NCBI GenBank assembly: GCA_016839815.1
Contig: JAEOTM010000041.1
Location: 32,001-96,000, forward strand
Direction: 5' to 3'
Length of the DNA: 64,000 bases
Origin: Candidatus Hodarchaeota archaeon
GTDB lineage: Archaea; Asgardarchaeota; Heimdallarchaeia; Hodarchaeales; Hodarchaeaceae
Positions 41,067 to 49,753 of this stretch are shown piece after piece (position 1 is the stretch's first letter; every line of letters begins with the position of its first letter). Made by a program: the position numbers and the translations under genes. The notes under the pieces are model-generated. The model worked only from the letters and a program-made list of their open reading frames with translations, ran no database searches and was not told the DNA's origin.

Positions 41067-41287
41067 GATAAGAACACTTACGCTTACTTGGTTTTCTGAA
41101 CAGATTATCCAGAACTTAGAATTCAATAAATTTAGGTATTGAACAATCACAAGATTATCACAAGATTTAAACATATTTTTATGGACATTTGGTAGAAATA
41201 GATTCCACAATTCCTATAGAAGATGAGCAAATGGATTGATGAAAATCACCATCTTCAGTCACGAAGTAAGGAAGAAATGATGGGAAA

Positions 41288-41526
41288 ATGACGAGTGTAA
41301 AAATTGCCTGTATTGGAGGAGATTTTATTGATCCAGAAGTGGTTGCAGAAGGAATCAAGATATTAAAATGTATCAATAAGCTAAATGATTAAGACCACGA
41401 TCTTTTAGAAATAGAAAAAGCAGCAGAAGTCCTATTAAAAGATGTAAGTGTCTTCCTTGCGACTTAGGAGGCAATGCAAAAACAGTTGATATTGGTACAA
41501 AGCTTTGTTATATCTTACGTTCGTGA
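41288..41526 (+). pseudogene. Internally deleted isopropylmalate/isocitrate/tartrate dehydrogenase-family remnant
   Basis: MTSVKIACIGGDFIDPEVVAEGIKIL (family N-terminus), stop at 41390-41392, then IEKAAEVLL and, after a frameshift, DLGGNAKTVDIG (family C-terminus). Confidence 0.75.
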
Positions 41527-41527
41527 T

Positions 41528-42823
41528 CTATGAAAGAAGTGCTTCTCCACTTAGTTTCCCTTCAAAGATAGTTTCTGGATGTTGAAATTGAGAAAGCTCT
41601 GACGATACACCTGTCTGTAACACTTCCTCAACAACTTCAAAGACGAGATCGTTTGAAATTAAGGACTTTAATTTAGTTTTAGAAAGAGAACTAACAGATT
41701 GGGAAGACTGTTCTATCATCCGTCCAATTTTTGCATAATCCACATATTTTTTCCATGATTGTTCTCTTACATACTGATAATAATACGTCAGATTGAATAG
41801 AATGGTACTCACAACATAATTTATCTTAATAACATAAGGAGGAAGATATCGAGGAATTCGGTCGGGAATTTTGTTCTTAAAACACAGTTCGTGAACAAAT
41901 TTCACGCCGTTATTTAAATAATCCACGTCCTTACGCGGCATACCATATTTGTTATCATTAGAATATAGATCCTTATAGAGGTTACCGAGTTGAGGATAGT
42001 GATTTTGAATAGTTGTCAGCATTTCTCTCTTGTTTCTTCCAGGTTTTAGAGTAAGACCAGCAGGAAGTACAAATTTCGTGCCTATTTCCTTTCCTTTCAT
42101 CACTATGTTTTTCAAATTTCCCTCTGTGTCGCCAACACCAGGTAAAATTGGCATAAGCATGATTCCACCAGGAATCTCATTTTTTCTAATTGTTTGAAGG
42201 GTAGAAAATCGATCATCAATTGAATGGGATTTTGGTTCAAAAATTTTCCTGATTTCATCATCCATTAGGGTAATTGAGAGTGAAACATTTGCATACGATT
42301 GCGCATGAATTTTCTTTATGAGCTCAAGATCCCGAAGAACCAACGCACTTTTAGTAAGGATAGAAATCGGTACTCTAAATCTATACGCCACTTTGAGTAA
42401 TTTTCTGGTAATTTTAAACCTTTTTTCTGCTTGTTGATAGACATCACATACTCCTCCGCCAATAGCAAATAATGTAAGAATCTTTTGAGGGATTCTTTCT
42501 TCTGAATTCGTACTAGAGATGTACTGGTCTAAAGCTGGTCTTTCTTTGGGTATATATCCTAAAGAAAGTAATTCTTTTTCAAAATATCTCTGGGAATCTG
42601 TTTTCACTCGAATTTGAGAATTAAAATTGTCGAGTCTGTACCATTCTGCTTTTCCATCACAATACCTACAATTGTGTTCACAGCCACGATAAGGATTTAT
42701 GGAAGCATTAACCCAAAACCACGAATCAGGACTTTCATAAATATTAAGAACTTTTCCAGAAGTTTTGACTTCCTGATAGTGAACTGGTACTTTAATCAAG
42801 CCTCCTTTATCGAGGTTTGCCAT
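41528..42823 (-). CDS. Radical SAM protein (SplB/Rv2578c-like)
   Basis: INPYRGCEHNCRYC, D.YQ.AE...ITR.LL, ILTKS..V.RD, FEP, PILPG. Confidence 0.9.
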   Translation of the reverse strand: MANLDKGGLIKVPVHYQEVKTSGKVLNIYESPDSWFWVNASINPYRGCEHNCRYCDGKAEWYRLDNFNSQIRVKTDSQRYFEKELLSLGYIPKERPALDQYISSTNSEERIPQKILTLFAIGGGVCDVYQQAEKRFKITRKLLKVAYRFRVPISILTKSALVLRDLELIKKIHAQSYANVSLSITLMDDEIRKIFEPKSHSIDDRFSTLQTIRKNEIPGGIMLMPILPGVGDTEGNLKNIVMKGKEIGTKFVLPAGLTLKPGRNKREMLTTIQNHYPQLGNLYKDLYSNDNKYGMPRKDVDYLNNGVKFVHELCFKNKIPDRIPRYLPPYVIKINYVVSTILFNLTYYYQYVREQSWKKYVDYAKIGRMIEQSSQSVSSLSKTKLKSLISNDLVFEVVEEVLQTGVSSELSQFQHPETIFEGKLSGEALLS

Positions 42824-43955
42824 TCCTCAATTGGGTAACGAATTCTCTTATAACTTCTAGATACTCCTCTTTCTGTAGATATGAATCGTTACTCCTTTTA
42901 AATTGGCACAAAAAGAAGATTTGTGTTACGAATTCACTGGTGTTTATCCCAGTTGCTCTTACCCAACGTTTAATTTCGTACCTATCCTTTTTTTGAGGGA
43001 ATTTCTTCCAAGAAATGAATAAACGGTGTAATAGTTGCTGCTGACGGATTGAAAGATCTATATTCTGGGTTATATGGTCAAAATGTGATTTCTTAAGCCG
43101 ATTCTCTTCTGAAAACAGTAAAAGAACCCCAAATAGACGTGTAATCTCATCACCTGTCGTTATATCACAAAATTTGTCTATCAAAATAGAGAGTTGTTCA
43201 TGCTGATTGATTGAATTATCAAAAGGAAAGTTTGGGAATATCCCATGTAAAATTCTATTTTGATGGAGTAATATCAATCCACTCTGAAAGTTCTGAACTC
43301 TTAAGAATTTTAATAATTCCAATTGAATTACTTTGGTACTTCTAAACTTGACTGATTCACCGATTGAGTGTACAGCTGATAGAATATTTGGTTCAGGAGA
43401 TAAGTTAAACTTAGACATAAATCTTGCTAAGCGAATTACTCTTAATCCATCTTCTCTTAATCGAATGTTTGGATCTCCTATCATACTAATCGAATGATTG
43501 AGAATATCATCCCATCCTCCATATTTATCCACGATTTCCTTCTTCTTTGGATCATATAAAATTGAATTAATTCGGAAATCTCGTCTAATCAGGTCATCAT
43601 CCAATGAATTCACAAATGTGACTTTAGGTGGCTGGCCATATGTAGTGAATGTTTCTCTTCTGTATGTACTGATATCATATGCAATTTTTCCCACGATGGC
43701 GAGAACTGTCCCATATTTTCCTCCAATAGGTTTCGTTTTTATATCCTCAGCCGTGAACCACTTAATAATTTGCTCTGGTAAGGCATTTGTAGCAACATCG
43801 AAATCTTTAACCTGATGTCCACATAAAAAATCTCGGACAGCCCCACCGATAATGAATACTTCTTTTCTGTGTCGTTGGAGCGTTCTTATAATCTTAAGTA
43901 ACCCAGGTACCAATAATTTAGAGAATTCTTCTCCTTTTTGCTTGAATTCCGCCAC
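42807..43955 (-). CDS. cca: Class II tRNA nucleotidyltransferase (CCA-adding/poly(A) polymerase family)
   Basis: GGAVRD, DFDVAT, G.KYGT, DL.RRDF.IN, EDGLR..R.ARF. Confidence 0.88.
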   Translation of the reverse strand: MAEFKQKGEEFSKLLVPGLLKIIRTLQRHRKEVFIIGGAVRDFLCGHQVKDFDVATNALPEQIIKWFTAEDIKTKPIGGKYGTVLAIVGKIAYDISTYRRETFTTYGQPPKVTFVNSLDDDLIRRDFRINSILYDPKKKEIVDKYGGWDDILNHSISMIGDPNIRLREDGLRVIRLARFMSKFNLSPEPNILSAVHSIGESVKFRSTKVIQLELLKFLRVQNFQSGLILLHQNRILHGIFPNFPFDNSINQHEQLSILIDKFCDITTGDEITRLFGVLLLFSEENRLKKSHFDHITQNIDLSIRQQQLLHRLFISWKKFPQKKDRYEIKRWVRATGINTSEFVTQIFFLCQFKRSNDSYLQKEEYLEVIREFVTQLRNGKPR

Positions 43956-44081
43956 TATGTCATCTCATCTAGGAGTCATAAACTTAAACAGAGTGATAAT
44001 CTGCTTTGATAATATGTTTTCGCTTATCTTCTAAAGATGGGGCATATAAATTAATAAACTCCCCGATTGGAATAAGAATTT

Positions 44082-44807
44082 GTGATATCTCGTGAGTCAA
44101 AAATTACCGTAATATCTGGTTCTGGCATTTCTAAAGCCTCTGGGATTCCCACATTCAGAGGTAAAGACGGTTTATGGAAGCAGTATGATTTCATGGAGCT
44201 CGCCACCCCTCAAGCATTCCAGAGGGATCCCCACCTTGTGTGGGAATGGTATTATTGGCGGTTAGGGCTTATCTCACAAACAAAGCCTAATAAAGCTCAT
44301 CTAGCTTTGAAAACACTGGAACAGGCAGGATGGGATATAGTGATCCTTACCCAAAATGTCGACAACTTGCATGAGCGCGCTGGATCAAGTAAAGTCCTAC
44401 ATCTTCATGGAGAGATCTTTAAGAGACGGTGTACTCAGTGTCTGGATATTTCTTTTTGGCCTTCTTCGGAAGAGTTTGGAATCCCGAATATCCCCACATG
44501 TTCTAAATGTAACTCAAATCTTAGACCAGCGGTGGTATGGTTTAATGAAACATTAGATCCTAAAATTGTTAATGAATCCTATAGTAGATTAAAGGAAACT
44601 GATTTTCTACTCATTGTGGGAACTTCAGGGTTAGTTTACCCTGCTGCAAACTTCCCTTATATTGCTAAGCAGGAAAATCGGTATTTGGAGATATATGAAT
44701 TTAATTTAGAGTCAACCCCATTATCTTCATTAGTGAATAGAACGATTCTAGGACCTGTTGAGAATACTCTTCCTGAATTTGTATCTAAAGTCATTAAAGA
44801 GTCGTAA
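44082..44807 (+). CDS. cobB: Sir2-family NAD-dependent deacylase (CobB-like)
   Basis: GSGISKASGIPTFRG, TQNVD.LH, HG, two CxxC, RPAVVWF, GTSGLVYPAA. Confidence 0.93.
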   Translation: MISRESKITVISGSGISKASGIPTFRGKDGLWKQYDFMELATPQAFQRDPHLVWEWYYWRLGLISQTKPNKAHLALKTLEQAGWDIVILTQNVDNLHERAGSSKVLHLHGEIFKRRCTQCLDISFWPSSEEFGIPNIPTCSKCNSNLRPAVVWFNETLDPKIVNESYSRLKETDFLLIVGTSGLVYPAANFPYIAKQENRYLEIYEFNLESTPLSSLVNRTILGPVENTLPEFVSKVIKES

Positions 44808-44819
44808 AGTAAATCTATA

Positions 44820-44959
44820 AGCTAGTCATGCCGAATAAGGGGGGGAGGGAGTGGTATGCTAGGATTTCTGTATCCTAAGATCCAGAACTTGAGAGAAGAC
44901 CAAGAAAACCTTTTTAAAAAGTTCCTAGCATACCAGCTTGATACTAGGCACTCCTAGCT
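44820..44959. repeat. Nested inverted-repeat element; candidate structured ncRNA or small-ORF element
   Basis: Perfect 13-bp arms tggtatgctagga (44852-44864) and tcctagcatacca (44923-44935); outer arms agctag-N3-tgcc (44820-44832) and ggca-N3-ctagct (44947-44959). Confidence 0.7.
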
Positions 44960-45066
44960 ATTTAAGATTTTATAGTTTTTAAACTCTTAAGAGAGAGTGA
45001 TGGTGATTTAGATTTTAGAGAAAATTTTCCCAAATCACTGAAATTTAACGTTACCCTAGCAAACGC

Positions 45067-45600
45067 TTATTTGAAGCATTCACTTAACAGTGCCATCGCA
45101 ACGATAGTTTTACCATCTTGAATTTCACCTGAATGAATCTTTTCGTTTATTTCTGTCTGAGAAAGTATCTCTAACTTTGAGATTTCATCTAAGGGATATT
45201 CATAATCAGGAATTCTCTTTAATTTAGTTCCCTTATAGAAATACAAACGCTCATTACTGTATCCGATTGCTGGTACATATGTTAAAAGAAATTCAAGATT
45301 ACTAGCTGAATACCCAGTTTCTTCAATTAATTCTCTCCTAGCACATTCCTCTGCTGTTTCACCTTTATCAATCTTCCCAGCAGGAATCTCCAAAGTTTCC
45401 TCTTGGATGGAATATCTGAATTGTTTAACCAAGATTATCCTTCCATCCTCCAAAATTGGAATAACCGCTGATGCATCCGGATGAAGAACCCTAATACGCT
45501 CTGTAATTCTTCCTGAGGGTAATTTTGCCTCATCAAGATTAACTGAAAACGATTTACCATGAATTGTTGACACAGTCCTAAGTTTTTCTTCCTTTGGCAT
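45067..45600 (-). CDS. Nudix hydrolase, ADP-ribose pyrophosphatase type
   Basis: LVKQFRY, EIPAG.IDKGE....ARRELIEETGY, DGKT. Confidence 0.93.
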   Translation of the reverse strand: MPKEEKLRTVSTIHGKSFSVNLDEAKLPSGRITERIRVLHPDASAVIPILEDGRIILVKQFRYSIQEETLEIPAGKIDKGETAEECARRELIEETGYSASNLEFLLTYVPAIGYSNERLYFYKGTKLKRIPDYEYPLDEISKLEILSQTEINEKIHSGEIQDGKTIVAMALLSECFK

Positions 45601-45633
45601 ACAACGACTTCCAACGAAATAAGAAGAAATTAA

Positions 45634-47172
45634 TCAATATTGTTTTCCGACGTATACGAAGCATCCTGCCTGTTTTCCACAGATAAAGCATTTTTCATTT
45701 TTGGATGGAACTTCTTTCTCCTTAACATCAATACCGCGGACTTCTGCACCAGCCAATTGGTCTTTGATTTCCTCAGCACAAGGTTCTCCATCTAACTCGA
45801 TACTACACCATGGAATTTTAACCATTTTTCGAGCTTTAATCTGTTCCACTAACTCATCAAGTGTATCAGCCCTAGACAAACGAGAATCGAAAAAGTCTTG
45901 AGCTCGTCTTTTTATCGACTTGTCCAGATTAGCCCCCATTTCTTGAATTGTTGTCTTTAATTCAGATCTCGTCACGAGTGTTTTCTCTCGAGTATCTCGT
46001 CTAAAAATCGTGACCTTTCCTTCTTGAGCCTCACGACGACCGATTTCAAGACGTAAAGGAACCCCTTTCATCTCCCAGAAATAGTATTTGTCTCCAGGAC
46101 GTCTATCACTGTCGTCAATATGTACACGATAACCCATTGCTTTAGCTAGTGATTTGAGTTCTTCTGCATAGGCTTTAACTTTGGTTGCTTGTTTCTTAGC
46201 TAGGATTGGTATAATTATCAATTGAATTGGTGCAACTTCGAACGGAAAGATTAAGCCAGAATCATCCCCATGGACGGCAATCATTCCGCCAAAAATCCGT
46301 GAAATGGCTGGGCCGTAACAGGTTTGGAAGGCTGCATGCGATTCCCCTTCATCATCCATGTAATTAATGTCAAAAGCTTTAGAGAACTTATCTCCTAACA
46401 GATGAGTAGAGGGTAATTGAAGAAACCGGCCATCAGGCATTAATGTATCTGCAGCATATGTGTGTACTGCACCTGCAAATTTATCCCATTCAGGACGCTG
46501 AAATTGTATAAATGGTATACCAAAACGGCCATTCATAACATTAAATGAAATCTGCATATCTTCACGAGTTTGTGCTATTGCCTCATCCATTGTAGCAAAG
46601 ACGTTATGTGATTCAATCCATATAAATTCGCGTCCTCGAAGAAATGGACGTGTGGATTTCCCTTCATATCTAAATACACTTCCACTTTGATATAATTTCA
46701 ACGGGAGATCTCGCCAGCTCCTTATCCACAAAGAATAGAGGGGATACATTGCTGTTTCAGATGTGGGTCTTAGAGCTAATCGTTCTTCAAGAATATCACC
46801 CTTTCCTGCCGTTGTGACCCAAAAAACTTCAGGTGTAAACCCTTCTACATGATCTGCCTCAATTTGGAAATTTGATTCTGGGATGACCATGGGAAAAATA
46901 ACTGGATTATGCCCGAAATCATCAAGTTCCTGTTCATAAAGATCGAACATCTTCTTTATTGCTATAGTTGACCAGGGTTGATACACTAGAAAACCTTTCA
47001 CGCCATATCGCATGTCAGCTAGTTCAGCAGTTTGCACAATCTTAGTAAACCATTCTGAAAAATTAGACTCCTTTGAGATATTGAATGTGACCAAGCTAGA
47101 ATCTTCTTTTGGTGGATTTTTTTCTACTGGTGGTTTCTTTGCTGTTTTCTTTGTTTTTTTCTTCGCCATCAT
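45634..47172 (-). CDS. proS: Prolyl-tRNA synthetase, archaeal/eukaryotic type
   Basis: FSEWF, HVEGFTPE, RPTSET, PFLRGREF, anticodon-binding domain, C-terminal Zn domain ending GKQY. Confidence 0.97.
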   Translation of the reverse strand: MMAKKKTKKTAKKPPVEKNPPKEDSSLVTFNISKESNFSEWFTKIVQTAELADMRYGVKGFLVYQPWSTIAIKKMFDLYEQELDDFGHNPVIFPMVIPESNFQIEADHVEGFTPEVFWVTTAGKGDILEERLALRPTSETAMYPLYSLWIRSWRDLPLKLYQSGSVFRYEGKSTRPFLRGREFIWIESHNVFATMDEAIAQTREDMQISFNVMNGRFGIPFIQFQRPEWDKFAGAVHTYAADTLMPDGRFLQLPSTHLLGDKFSKAFDINYMDDEGESHAAFQTCYGPAISRIFGGMIAVHGDDSGLIFPFEVAPIQLIIIPILAKKQATKVKAYAEELKSLAKAMGYRVHIDDSDRRPGDKYYFWEMKGVPLRLEIGRREAQEGKVTIFRRDTREKTLVTRSELKTTIQEMGANLDKSIKRRAQDFFDSRLSRADTLDELVEQIKARKMVKIPWCSIELDGEPCAEEIKDQLAGAEVRGIDVKEKEVPSKNEKCFICGKQAGCFVYVGKQY

Positions 47173-47434
47173 CAGACACCAATTTTCAGTACTCAGGATA
47201 ATAACTTTGACTTAAAATTATGATCATAAAAAGAATTTAAGATAGATTTTTTCAAGAGTTGTTGTTGTATACTTAGAAACGAGACCCAATGTCGATTATT
47301 CGTAAGGAAAACGATCCATCCTTTATAACAACTCCAATCATCCTTATTCAGAACTGATTTTTAAGCTTCTCATTCATTCGATTTCTATTCTCGAAAAACT
47401 AGATTTTTGAGATTAGGTTCAGGATATTTTCTGT

Positions 47435-48346
47435 ATGAGGATAATAAAAGGGAATTGGTTTATCTTAATTATTTTAATCGTACTAGGAACTAATATTACT
47501 ATCCTCTCAAGTGGTAATTCAGCCCTTTCATTTACAACAGATTCTCGTTATAATTATGCCGTATCATGCACTGACTATTGTGGATCAAGAGTTTGGGATG
47601 CAACCAATCTAGATGCAGATCTATTCTTTATCATTACCAGCATAAGCGAATTAGATGATGTGGTATCAATATATACACGATATAACAGCACATCACTCGC
47701 AAATCACGACAATCCTGACTACGGAATTTACACATTGAATGAATCTTATTCTTATTTATCGAGGGAGAGTAAGACAATGAATGGGAAATATTCTTGGCAT
47801 TGGAGTACCCTCGAACCTACATTTAATATCTCAGTTCCCTCCTTCTTCCTTGCCCATGCTCATACAAGTTTCGAGAATAATAGTTTTCTCCTTCAAAGAA
47901 ATTCGAAACTGATAGATATCGAGATTTCATCTCAATATACCTTCCAGACATATCAATATTCAGGAAAATGGATACAAAGCTACATTGTAGGAAGTTCCAA
48001 TTTTATTGATGAAGCTACGCTTACTGCTTCATATGATCTGGAGACAGGAATCCTCTTACGAATGGAAATCGATATGATTTCTACCCAAATCCCCATTGGT
48101 CCACTTTCTTTAGAAATCAATGTCGATGCTGTGGGGTCCTTCAAAATAACTTTACTTCTGCCCTCGAATCAAACAACAGATGCGTTTGCTTTGATCGTAG
48201 GAATATTATCTCTAATATCTATTATCCTTTTTCTGAACAAACGAGATTCCAGATTTAACAAAGATCACCTGATCTATGAAGGAAAAGATATAATAAGGAT
48301 CTTCGATAAATCAGTATGCCACTACGATCGGTGCTTACAGGAATAA
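47435..48346 (+). CDS. Secreted, C-terminally anchored hypothetical protein
   Basis: N-terminal signal/TM, many NxS/T sequons, YDLETGILL motif, C-terminal TM. Confidence 0.7.
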   Translation: MRIIKGNWFILIILIVLGTNITILSSGNSALSFTTDSRYNYAVSCTDYCGSRVWDATNLDADLFFIITSISELDDVVSIYTRYNSTSLANHDNPDYGIYTLNESYSYLSRESKTMNGKYSWHWSTLEPTFNISVPSFFLAHAHTSFENNSFLLQRNSKLIDIEISSQYTFQTYQYSGKWIQSYIVGSSNFIDEATLTASYDLETGILLRMEIDMISTQIPIGPLSLEINVDAVGSFKITLLLPSNQTTDAFALIVGILSLISIILFLNKRDSRFNKDHLIYEGKDIIRIFDKSVCHYDRCLQE

Positions 48347-49467
48347 GGATATTAGATCTAACAACAAACCTTCCTGGGCCATTAGCCACTCAGATTTTAG
48401 GCGATTTTGGAGCAGATGTTATTAAAGTTGAATCTTTAACTGGAGATCCTGTTAGGTATTATCCTCCATTTGTTGATCAAGATTCACAACTCAATCTACT
48501 ACTTAATCGAAACAAACGGTCGCTTGCTCTCAATCTTAAACAAGAGGAGGGATTGGAGATTCTGAAAAAATTAGTTGAATCTTCTGATGTTTTTATTGTG
48601 GGTTTTAGACCTTCAACTGTAAAAAAATTGAGGATCGACTTTGTAAACCTTTCTAAAATTAATCCAAAGCTAATCTATATTCAATTAACTGGATATGGAT
48701 CTACAGATAATAGAGTAGGCCACGATTTAAATTATATTGGAGAAGCTGGGATTTTAAATCTTACAGGTCCCCAAGAAAAACCAGTTGTTCCAGGTGTTCC
48801 GATTGCTGATATCGGAGGGGGAAGCTTACCAAGTGTAATCACAATTCTAGGTGCTTTACTCCAACGAAAAGAAGAACCTCAATATTTTGATATATCAATG
48901 GTTGATCATTTACTCCCATGGTTATCTGTTGTTGCAGCAGAATATTTAGCAGGCTTAGGTGAACCTGAGAGAACCTTACATGCCCTTTCAGGATATGTTC
49001 CCTGGTATAGACTCTATCACACAAAGGATCAGAAATATATCACGTTTGCTCCACTCGAGAGTAAGTTCTGGGAGAATTTTTGTAAAGCTATTAATCGAAA
49101 AGATTTGTTAGATAAACAATATAATTTGGAATTATGTGATGGAGAACTTCCCAAAATTTTTCTGTCACGAACATCGATCGAATGGAATGAGATATTTACG
49201 CAATTCGATATCCCAGGAGGAGAACTTCTTACTTTACGGGAAGTATTTAACAAAAATAAAAGAATCAGTAAAATTAGTCATTCAGAAATGGGAATAATAC
49301 AATTGATTTCGTCTCCTTATCTAGATCCACATACTTCGCATGATTGGAAAATCGCTCCTAAATTGGGAGAGCATTCGGAGGAAATTCTAGCGGAGATAGG
49401 GATGGAAGATAATGTTGAACAGTACAAGGATCTAGGAATCATCGGAACTTACGATTCTGAATTTTAA
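48316..49467 (+). CDS. Class III CoA-transferase (CaiB/BaiF; AMACR-like)
   Basis: LPGP, GADVIKVE, NRNKRS, FRP, GYG, GHDLNY, D.GGG, APKLGEHSEEIL. Confidence 0.93.
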   Translation: MPLRSVLTGIRILDLTTNLPGPLATQILGDFGADVIKVESLTGDPVRYYPPFVDQDSQLNLLLNRNKRSLALNLKQEEGLEILKKLVESSDVFIVGFRPSTVKKLRIDFVNLSKINPKLIYIQLTGYGSTDNRVGHDLNYIGEAGILNLTGPQEKPVVPGVPIADIGGGSLPSVITILGALLQRKEEPQYFDISMVDHLLPWLSVVAAEYLAGLGEPERTLHALSGYVPWYRLYHTKDQKYITFAPLESKFWENFCKAINRKDLLDKQYNLELCDGELPKIFLSRTSIEWNEIFTQFDIPGGELLTLREVFNKNKRISKISHSEMGIIQLISSPYLDPHTSHDWKIAPKLGEHSEEILAEIGMEDNVEQYKDLGIIGTYDSEF

Positions 49468-49643
49468 GTTCAGATTTAAAATTCCTACTCGTCTTCTTCT
49501 CAACTTTCTTTATTAAACTGGTTTTTACTATTATAATGACTGTTTATTTTACGATTGGTATCCAAGTAATGGAAAATTCACTTAGTAAATATGTTTGTGC
49601 TATTTAAGATTAAAATTGTTGATAAAACGTATTTTGCTATGAA

Positions 49644-49680
49644 TGATCAACGTTGCGTAATGTTTATAAAGCGTGATCAA
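49644..49680 (+). promoter_or_regulatory. Putative TATA box flanked by two TGATCAA sites upstream of the vWA gene
   Basis: tgatcaa at 49644 and 49674 (30-bp period) with tttataaa at 49663-49670. Confidence 0.35.
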
Positions 49681-49753
49681 TTAAGTAAGATCAGAAATCT
49701 TAAGTATGTAAATAACCAATAAGAAAGGTAATTAAAAAAAGAAGGAGATTGAA

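Noticed and set aside
44852-44935. Stem ending in ACCA near the cca gene, suggesting a tRNA
   Set aside because: No D, anticodon or T arm consensus, and the CCA is paired within the stem. Kept only as an unexplained structured element.
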